Below, one piece after another: positions 54,078-64,000 of a stretch of DNA of 64,000 bases. The notes beneath the pieces were generated by a model that saw only the letters and a list, made by a program, of their open reading frames with translations, was not told where the DNA came from and did not search any database. The translations under genes and the position numbers were made by a program. The number at the start of each line of letters is the position of its first letter. Position 1 is the stretch's first letter. Source of the DNA: Eledone cirrhosa (taxonomy: Eukaryota); the NCBI GenBank assembly GCA_964016885.1, contig OZ024753.1, positions 9,424,001-9,488,000 of the forward strand, read 5' to 3'.

Positions 54078-54900
54078 CATCATCATCATCATCACCGTTT
54101 TACGTCCGTTCTTCCACGCTAGCATGGGTTAGATGGGTTGTCCTATTGTGGGCAGTGTCCGGTCGGCTGACCTTGTCTTGCTCATACGGGAGCTGATTCT
54201 GGCTTGATTTCTACGGCTGGATGCCCTTCCTAACAGCAACCTCATTTACAGTGAGTGCTGGGTGCTTCTTTTTCCGTGGAACCTCCACGTCCACTTTACA
54301 GTGTGGGCTGGGTGCTTTGTTCCTGTGGCACCTCCACGTTCACTTTACAGTGTGGGCTGAGTGCTTTTTTCCTGTGGCACCTCCACGACCACTTTACAGT
54401 GTGGCTGGGTGCTTTTTTCCTGTGGCACCTCCACGTTCACTTTACAGTGTGGGCTGGGTGCTTTTTTCCTGTGGCACCTCCACGACCACTTTACAGTGTG
54501 GCTGGGTGCTTTTTTCCTGTGGCACCTCCACGTTCACTTTACAGTGTGGGCTGGGTGCTTTTTTCCTGTGGCATCTCCACGACCACTTTACAGTGAGTGC
54601 TCGGTGCTTTTTTGCCGTGGCGCCTACACGACCACTTTACAGTGTGGGCTGGGTGCTTTTTTCCTGTGGCACCTCCACGACCACTTTACAGTGAGTGCTG
54701 GGTGCTTTTTTGCCGTGGCGCCTACACGACCACTTTACAGTGTGGGCTGGGTGCTTTTTTCCTGTGGCACCTCCACGACCTCTTTACAGTGAGTGCTGGG
54801 TGCTTTTTTGCCGTGGCGCCTACACGACCACTTTACAGTGTGGGCTGAGTGCTTTTTTTTGCTGTGGCACCTCCACAACCACTTTGCAGTGGGAGGGTGT
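54078..54900 (-). mobile_element. RTE-tail element with a 48/49-bp array (about 13 units)
   Basis: (CAT)n, tail, then repeats of GCTTTTTTCCTGTGGCACCTCCACGACCACTTTACAGTG. Confidence 0.85.
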
Positions 54901-55220
54901 GGGTGCATATTGTCAATCATGAGCATACGTATTGTATTTCTATCTATGTGTGTGTATGGTAAGAAGTGTACATGTGTATGTGTAGTAAATAACTCATTAG
55001 ACAAAAAAAGTTTTGATCTTGTTGTATAACTTAGAAGAAATCTTAATAGTTTTCTGATAAAATGTATATATACATATGTGTGTGTATGTGTGTATGTATA
55101 TGTGTTTGCATATGTGTGTGTTTGTGTTGTTTATATGTGCGTGTGTGTGTGTTTATATGTGTGTATGAGTTTGCATATGTATACGTGGTGTTCATGTGTT
55201 TGCATATATGTATATATATA

Positions 55221-55297
<77 letters not shown>

Positions 55298-55343
55298 ATA
55301 TATATATATGTGTATATTGTATATATATATGTATATATATATG

Positions 55344-55392
<49 letters not shown>

Positions 55393-55397
55393 GTATT

Positions 55398-55443
<46 letters not shown>

Positions 55444-55966
55444 TACACACACATATATGTATGTGTGTGCGTGTACTGTTTGTATGTGTGGTGGGTGTAT
55501 GTGTTTGCATATGTATGTATATGCATTGTTTTTTAATTTTTATAATATATTATATAAATTGCTTTTGAACAAAGAAGTATAGATAGACTTGTAATTCTCC
55601 ATTTATACAATAATATTCTACAACATCTGATATTGTCTTCCTCTACTGGATTTCTAAACTTACTTATTTTCAATTCAATTCAAAATCGCAATCATTGGAT
55701 ACAAATTCTTGAAAAGGAATAGGCAGGAAAATAGAAAAGAAACTAAAAACAGATTTTTTGCTTTTCTAAAAATTAATAAATCTTAAATGAATCCTAAACA
55801 TTAATATAGACAAAAATAGAGACCTCTGCTCCAACTAACAACTAAATAGGATCCATTTAGCGCTTTAGCATTTAAACCGGCCATATCTGGCCAGAATTCT
55901 GTCACTTCTTTCTGTTCAAACTGGCTATAACCAGCCACATACTGATGTTAAGTTATTGCAGTTATT

Positions 55967-57105
55967 CAGAAGACCAGCTTTCCCTTACATATGAATTTAA
56001 ACCTACAGTCAGTAGGCACCTCTTAACCCAATATACACCCCACTCCACAACCCCTACTCTATTCTCCCACTTCCGTCCACACTGTAAAGTGGTTGTGTAG
56101 GAGACACAGTAAAAAGGCTCCCAGTCCACACTGTAAAGTGATCGTGTAGGAGACAGTAACAAAGCACGCAGTTCACACTGTAAAGTGATCGTGTAGGAGA
56201 TACAGTAAAAAGGCACGCAGTCCACACTGTAAAGTGATCGTGTAGGAGACACAGTAAAAAGGCACGCAGTCCACACTGTAAAGTAGTCGTGTAGGAGACA
56301 CAGTAAAAAGGCACGCAGTTCACACTGTAAAGTGGTCGTGTAGGAGACACAGTAAAAAGGCACGCAGTCCACACTGTAAAGTAGTCGTGTAGGAGACACA
56401 GTAAAAAGGCACGCAGTTCACACTGTAAAGTGGTTTTGTAGGTGACACGACAAAAAGCACACAGTCCACACTGTAAAATGGTTGTGTTGGAGACACAGTA
56501 AAAAAGCATGCAGTCCACACTGTAAAGTGGTCGTGTAGGAGACGCAGTAAAAAGGCTCCCAGTCCACATTGTAAAGTGGTCGTGTAGGAGACACAGTAAA
56601 AAGGCTCCCAGTCCACACTGTAAAGTGGTCGTGTAGGAGACGCAGTAAAAAGGCTCCCAGTCCACACTGTAAAGTAGTCGTGTAGGAGACATGGTAAAAA
56701 GTCTCCCAGTCCACACTGTAAAGTGGTCGTGTAGGAGACACAGTAAAAAGGCTCCCAGTCCACACTGTAAAGTGGTCGTGTAGGAGACGCAGTAAAAAGG
56801 CTCCCAGTCCACACTGTAAAGTGGTCGTGTAGGAGACACAGTAAAAAGGCTCCCAGTCCACACTGTAAAGTGGTCGTGTTGGAGACACAGTAAAAAGGCT
56901 CCCAGTCCACACTGTAAAGTGGTCGTGTAGGAGACACAGAAAAAGGCACGCAGTTCACACTGTAAAGTGGTTCGCAAAAAAAGCACCCAACACTCACTGT
57001 AAAGAGGTTGGTGTTAGGAAGGGCATCCAGCTGTAGAAATCAAGCCAGAATCAGTTCCCGTCCCACCCTTGCAAGCAGGGAAAAGCGGACGTAAAATGAA
57101 TGAAT
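55967..57105 (+). mobile_element. RTE 3' UTR copy with a 49-bp array (about 18 units, 56075-56975) and a SINE-type tail
   Basis: Same unit family as 47225-49370. Confidence 0.85.
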
Positions 57106-57417
57106 AAAATGATATATAAATATATATATATATATATATGCCAAACAAAAGGGTTGGGAGGACACTTCCATAGTGTTAAAGACAGGGCAACCTCTCTAGT
57201 GCTGGTGCCATGATAAAATTGACTAGGACGAACATGGGAACGTATGTTTGTGATGTGTGGGTACCTGGCCTGTCAGGGACATCAGTAGCCCTGATTGAGT
57301 ACTGACTTGATCTCTAGGTAGTTGGGAAAACAGGCATTAAATGATGATGATTATGATGATATACATGCATACATGTATATCATATATATATTCATACATA
57401 CATATATATTTATACAT

Positions 57418-57461
<44 letters not shown>

Positions 57462-57489
57462 CGTAAAATAAAAAAATCTTTTAAAAAAT

Positions 57490-57525
<36 letters not shown>

Positions 57526-57589
57526 ATGTATGAATATATATATGAATATATATATGTATGTATATATATATGAATATATATATATATAT

Positions 57590-57635
<46 letters not shown>

Positions 57636-58084
57636 ATATATATGAATGTATATATATATGAATATATATATGATATGCATGTATGCATGTATATCATCAT
57701 AATCTTCATCATCATTATCATCATCATAATCATCATAATCATCATCATCATAATCATCATAATCATCATCATCATAATCATCATAATCATCATCATCATC
57801 ATCATCATCATAATCATCATCGTCATCATCAGGTCTGGTTGTCATTTATTTTTTATCATTTATTTTGTTTTGACCTGTTTAGCTTGATTTGGTTTTTGGC
57901 TTGGGTGGTTAATGCCTTCTTGACCACCTTTTCAGTTTTGTATGGCTTCTTAACACATTGTTTAGCTCTGGTTTTCAACTATTGAGCACTTTGCCAATAT
58001 CATTTCTGCTTTTTGCGTTTCGCTTCGCTTTTTCCTGCCTGCCAAAAATGCAATTCTCGCTGAATCTTCATCTATATATATATA

Positions 58085-58290
58085 TATTTATTAAAATAAC
58101 AGATTAAAGTTGAAGCAAAGAATCGCTGCTTTCAGAAGATCCCGTTAAGGGTGAAAGCAGCGATTGTTTGCTTAAACTTTAATCTGTTATTTTAATAAAT
58201 ATTTGCTCTACGGTTCTTATATATTTGATATATATTTATCCTTATCCTGCCCTCTTTGGATTTTAGTCTTCAAATTTATTATTATTACTA
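58085..58290. mobile_element. Family G fold-back with a truncated hammerhead; relative at 28485-28845
   Basis: Inverted arms around GAAGA-TCCCGTTAAGGGT-GAAA-GCA..TGC-TT. Confidence 0.55.
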
Positions 58291-58497
58291 TATATATATA
58301 TATAGTGGGCGGTGGATTGGCAGTATCGGTAGAGGATCGGACGCCATGCTTTCCAGCATAGTTACTTCCCTTTACGATCTGAGTTCAAATCCCGCCGAGG
58401 TTGACTTTGCCTTTCATCCTTACGGGGTCGATAAAATAAAGTACCAGTAATGCACTGGGTAATTACTGGCCTTGTGCCTAAAGTAGAAACAATTACT

Positions 58498-58532
<35 letters not shown>

Positions 58533-58853
58533 ACGAAGGAGTTGTGGTAAGGAACCAGATGGACCATAACGCACCAGAGTACTCAATACTTAGGGTAGTA
58601 GAGTGGGTAATAGGAAAATGTATGACCCCGACGGCAGAGCTGAAGCCGTTTCGACGGCTATTTCTGAGTCCAGAAATAGCCGTCGAAACGGCTTGAGCTC
58701 TGCCGTCGGGGTCATACATTTTCATATATATATATATATAGGAACAAGTAAGACCCCGGGGTCTTACTTGTTCCTATTACCCACTCTACTACCCTAAGTA
58801 TTGAGTACTTTGGTGCGTTATGGTCCACCTGGTTCCTTACCACATTTCCTTTG

Positions 58854-58925
<72 letters not shown>

Positions 58926-59344
58926 ATATATATAAATGTGGGTGCATATAACTGTTATGTGTGTGCACATATGTACATGCATAAGCAAATGAACTAACAC
59001 TGACCTTACAACACACACATAAACACACATAAACACACACAGACAAACACACACACACACACACACGTACACAAAAAAGTAACATAATTATCACTAACCA
59101 TATTTTTCAGAGGTTGACCACCTATGTCTGCACATGAGATCTGCCTGGAAGCTTATTCTATAAAAGCAATGGTTCCATGGCAATTTGCCAGTGACCAGTG
59201 CAAACCATTCTACCATGGAGCCAAAGATAAAAATCTGAGAAAAATTTCTGTAAACTTAGCTACCTATGTGATCAAACTGTGTTTGTCCACAAGACATTTC
59301 TAACAATCTCTGTACTTATTAGATATATATACACATACATGTTA

Positions 59345-59468
<124 letters not shown>

Positions 59469-59509
59469 CATATGTATATATATATATAAATATATATATT
59501 TATATTTAC

Positions 59510-59552
<43 letters not shown>

Positions 59553-59583
59553 TATATATTTATATTTACATATGTATATATAT

Positions 59584-60909
59584 GTAGGAGGTGAGTTTTA
59601 TTGTAGTACAATAAAGCAATGCAGATATCGGATAAGAAGCACTCTACAGTTTGTGGGACTGGAGTATGCATAATATAAGATCAAAAGATGGTTAAAGGAG
59701 TTCCATATATTTTATTATGCGCATTTCAAAAACAAACATCATCAAACAATAATATTTGCGTTTTCATCAGATAAAACAGGAGAACATGATATGAAGGCTA
59801 AAAAACACTTGTGGATAGTGCAGTTTTAAATCAACATTTGAAAAGTGGTTTTAGATTGATGTGTGATATTGGGAAAAATATTTTATTTAGAGAGGGGGGG
59901 AGAAAAGGATGAAAAGGGAAGGAGATGAGAGGGAGAGATGGGTGATAGAGAGAAAGAGATAGTTTTTATAACTGAGAGGAGATATATTTTATATAGAGGG
60001 GTTGAAAACCGTTGTTTTTGACATTTTGAGTATTCATCCGCAATCATTATTATTTTCTCTCTATCATAAATCTTTTTAATCTCAATTTCATCCTTAATTT
60101 ATTATTATTTTTTTCTCCCCATCAACGAACTCATTATTAATACATATGAATTCAATATACAAACTTTAACTTCACATTATTTTTCTCAAATCCTTCTACA
60201 CATAAACTTTTTTTCTCTTTGCTAATTTTGAAATTGACGTTAGAATATTCACCCACAATTATTATTTTTTTCTCTCTATCTTCATACATAATTTCCCTTC
60301 GTTAATTTTCAAATTCCTTTAATTTATACATTATCTTCCAACGGTTCCCAACCTCTCTATATTAAAACATTATATCTTTTTCTCAGTTATAAAAACTATC
60401 TCTTTCTCTCTATCACCCATCTCTCCCTTTCCACCTTCACTCTCATCTCCTCCCCTTTTTTTCATCCTTTCCAAACCCCCCCCTCCCTAAATAAAATATT
60501 TTTTCCTCGCACATATCCTCCCTTCGTTAATTTTCAAAATTTTTAATTTATACAGTATCTTCCAACGGTTTTCAACCCCTCTATATAAAATATATCTCCT
60601 CTCAGTTATAAAAACTATCTCTTTCTCTCTATCACCCATCTCTCCCTCTCATCTCCTTCCCTTTTCATCCTTTTCTCCCCCCCCTCTCTAAATAAAATAT
60701 TTTTCCCAATATCACACATCAATCTAAAACCACTTTTCATATGTTGATTTAAAACTGCACTATCAACAAGTGTTTTTTAGCCTTCATATCATGTTCTCCT
60801 GTTTTATCTGATGAAAACGCAAATATTATTGTTTGATGATGTTTGTTTTTGAAATGCGCATAATAAAATATATGGAACTCCTTTAACCATCTGTTGATCT
60901 TATATTATG
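59584..60909. mobile_element. Large family A Penelope-like fold-back: ~345-bp near-perfect inverted arms (59669-60014 / 60563-60909), with hammerheads at 59710-59776 (-) and 60802-60868 (+)
   Basis: Arms are reverse complements; the spacer holds a diverged direct repeat of arm sequence; (TA)n on both sides. Confidence 0.85.
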
Positions 60910-61041
<132 letters not shown>

Positions 61042-61127
61042 ATGTATGTGTATATATATATATTTATATATATATCATCATCATCATCTTCGTTTAACGT
61101 CCATTTTCCACACCACACCCTGTATCC

Positions 61128-61158
<31 letters not shown>

Positions 61159-61195
61159 AAACATATTATATATATTTATATACATACATACGTAC

Positions 61196-61243
<48 letters not shown>

Positions 61244-61265
61244 TAAAGAGAGAGAGAGATATATA

Positions 61266-61376
61266 TAGGGTGTGCAAAAAGTTGCACCAGTAGTTGAAAA
61301 AATTATTATTTCATTACTGAATACACAAAACAAATATTCAGTTTTTAAATGGTAACAAAAGTTTTGGTCCACCCTG
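61266..61376. mobile_element. Short Tc1/mariner-like MITE
   Basis: Imperfect TIR AGGGTGTGCAAAAAGTT / AAGTTTTGGTCCACCCT in TA context. Confidence 0.4.
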
Positions 61377-61378
61377 TG

Positions 61379-61444
<66 letters not shown>

Positions 61445-61446
<2 letters not shown>

Positions 61447-61870
61447 GATAGATAGATAGATATGTTTCTTTTATTTGCCACCAGGGCATCAAAAGTGGGA
61501 CAAGTACAATGGGGGGAGCTTACAAAACAAGGCGTCCTCAATAAGGAGGAGGCAATAACAAAATATAAAAATAAAATAAAATATAACAGAATAAAATATA
61601 TAACAAAATCCTAAATAGAGAGGAGGCGCCTTGGGGGGTCGCACACACCCCCGAAAAAAGTGTGCAACCCTTTTCCTCAGGAGCACAGAGAAGGGGTGCT
61701 CCCTTGGTCTTTCATCTTCCTCACCTATAGTCTGATGTAGAGTGAAGGCCCATTCACACGGGCCATTCTCGCCACTTTCACACATCTTTCATAAAAACGG
61801 CTGGGGTGCAGCACCTCTCTCTCCATCCTGATCCTTCTTCCGAAATGATATCGGAAATAGAAAGAGAGGT
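61445..61870 (-). mobile_element. Probable L1/Tx1-type LINE 3' end with AATAAA and (TCTA)n tail
   Basis: Frame FYFRYHFGRRIRMEREVLHPSRFYERCVKVARMARVNG...* followed by a UTR and poly(A) signal. Clade assignment is from recalled similarity. Confidence 0.5.
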
Positions 61871-62112
61871 AATGAAAGGAGAATAATCTACTGTTATTTT
61901 GGTAAGCTGCATCAAGATGGATGCGTTATTAAAGTTGACAGCATGCAGGAATTTGATAACAACCGGGTTTCCCTTTTGCATTAGTTATATATATACATAT
62001 ATATATAAATATATACATAAATATCATTCAACATCATCATCGTCGATTAACGTCTATCTTCCACGCTAGCATGGGTTAGACGGGTTTGTCCCATTTAGTG
62101 ACCGTGCCTCGC

Positions 62113-62200
<88 letters not shown>

Positions 62201-62581
62201 GGAAGACGCAGTAGAGGTAGACAACGTAAAACATGGGCGGAGGTGGTGAGAGCAGACCTCAGATTGCTGAAACTCACCGAGGAGATGACGAAGGGCCGTG
62301 ACAAGTGGAGAGATGCTGTGTTGAATAGGACCCGTCCAACCCTTGCAAGCAGGGAAAAGCGGACGTAAAATGATGATGATGATATTATGTACATATATAT
62401 ATATATATATATATTATGTACAAGCAGGGAAAAGTGGACGTATGATGATGATGATGTATGTATGCATGTATGTATGTATTTATATTTATATATATATATA
62501 TATGTATCTATGTATGTATGTATGTTCTTCTGGTTTTATAATTTCACAAAGTTTGTATGTATGTATGTATGTATTTACATT

Positions 62582-62612
<31 letters not shown>

Positions 62613-63621
62613 CAGTAAGTTTATATGCATATATGTACCGAAATATGTAGGCATGTGTGTGAATATACAGTCATCCATGTCATATCTCCTCTATTGAGTT
62701 ACTCCCTAAATATTCTCCAAGCAGTTCATATTCTGGCTACTATGCTTCCTAAGTAAGTATTTCCAATGCTAATTTAATCAACTAGGTAACACAAGCTATC
62801 AATTACACCTTTGTGACCTTTCAAGAATTGGAAAGAATTTATTTTAATCTAATTGTTATCTATTTCAGTGCATCTGTTACAAATGAAAGCTACAAGGACT
62901 AGCTGAAAAATTCATAGGATGACCAAGATACTCTCATGAAATGACCAAATGAGGTTTATTTTTCAACATAGTCCCTGGAAAATAACGATGCAGTTATTAA
63001 TAAGAAGAGATGAATTTAATTCAAGTGCCACTTGCTGAATAGTTAGTTACTATGGTGATATCTATCTATCTTTCACAGTCTCTCTCTCTCTCACTGTATT
63101 TCTCTCTCAACATCACGTACAGGATGTTTTCAGTTTACAAACATTTCAGGGGATGAATGGCCTTCAAGAATGAATTACGTCCATGAACTGACGTTCCACT
63201 GAATAATAATTGAGCCATAAGGACGAAAGGCAAAATCTAACTTCGGCAGGATTTGAACTCAGAACATAAAGAGCCAAACCAAATATCACAATTGCATTTT
63301 ATCTGGCATAATATTAATAATAATGGTTTCTTATATAGACACAAGGCCAGCAATTTGGGGGGGAGGGGAAATCGATTAAATCGACTCCACTACATTACTG
63401 GTACTTTATTTAATCGACCCCGTAAGGATGAAAGGCAAAGTTAACCTCGGCGGGATTTGAACTCAGATCATAAAGGGGCATAATAATAATAATAATTGTT
63501 TCTACTTTAGGCACAAGGCCAGCAATTACCCAGTGCATTACTGGTACTTTATTTTATCGACCCCGTAAGGATGAAAGGCAAAGTCAACCTCGGCGGGATA
63601 ATAATAATAATAATAATAATA

Positions 63622-63985
63622 AGAAGAAGAATTTAGAACACAATAGGCCTGACCAGTGGTTTTTGACAAGGAAAAGAGATTGTGCCTGATTGTAGATGTA
63701 GCTTGCCCATTTGACACAAGAGTGCAAGAAAAGGAGAGGGAGGTAATTAACCGATACCAGGATTTAAAGTGGGAGTTAAAAAGGATTTGGGACTGCCATG
63801 AATCCAAGGTCGTCGTCCCGATGGTCATAGGAGCACTATGTACTATCTCAAAGAGTTTTCGAGGATGGTTAAATAACAGCCCATTTTTTTTGGAACACGT
63901 CAAAAGGCATGCTTGCTGGGAACAGCAGGAACCCTCCGATACATCCTGAATATCTGAGGCTGCAGGTAGTGGCTTGATATTCATT
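63622..63985 (+). mobile_element. R4/Dong-like non-LTR element 3' fragment (restriction-like endonuclease domain)
   Basis: HNRPD(fs)VVFDKEKRLCLIVDVACPFD.RV..KE.E...RYQDL..EL.RIW...VVPMVIGAL; 5' end abuts (TAA)n. Confidence 0.8.
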
Positions 63986-64000
63986 TCAACAAACTTTCCA

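Noticed and set aside
55955-56997. 310-aa and 225-aa ORFs
   Set aside because: 49-bp tandem array artefacts.
59100-59245. Possible DPH5 upstream exon (acceptor-like site on the minus strand)
   Set aside because: The frames checked show no DPH5 similarity.

Overview
Eukaryotic (animal), AT-rich, repeat-saturated DNA. The SINE/LINE families and microsatellite load suggest a coleoid cephalopod such as Octopus (inference). One host exon is recognisable: the last coding exon of DPH5 (diphthine methyl ester synthase) on the minus strand at 17209-17435; no upstream DPH5 exon was found. There is one intact RTE-clade LINE ORF (220-3333, minus) with APE, RT and a PHD-like finger inserted inside the RT domain. 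The window also holds many truncated RTE, CR1, Tx1/L1 and R4/Dong fragments, two abundant tRNA-derived SINE families, piggyBac-, mariner- and hAT-type MITEs, and many minisatellites amplified from pieces of these elements. The most striking unannotated signal is a dense set of about 25 complete, partial or degenerate minimal hammerhead-ribozyme motifs (CUGANGA...GAAA...UH, usually with a palindromic stem III) in about 8 sequence families. They sit in short ORF-less elements embedded in (TA)n and are mostly arranged as fold-back inverted repeats, as expected for Penelope-like pLTR derivatives. One fold-back is centred on the predicted ribozyme cleavage site. Nearly all long ORFs in the track other than the RTE are microsatellite or minisatellite artefacts. 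All folds and alignments were done by eye, so boundaries are approximate.
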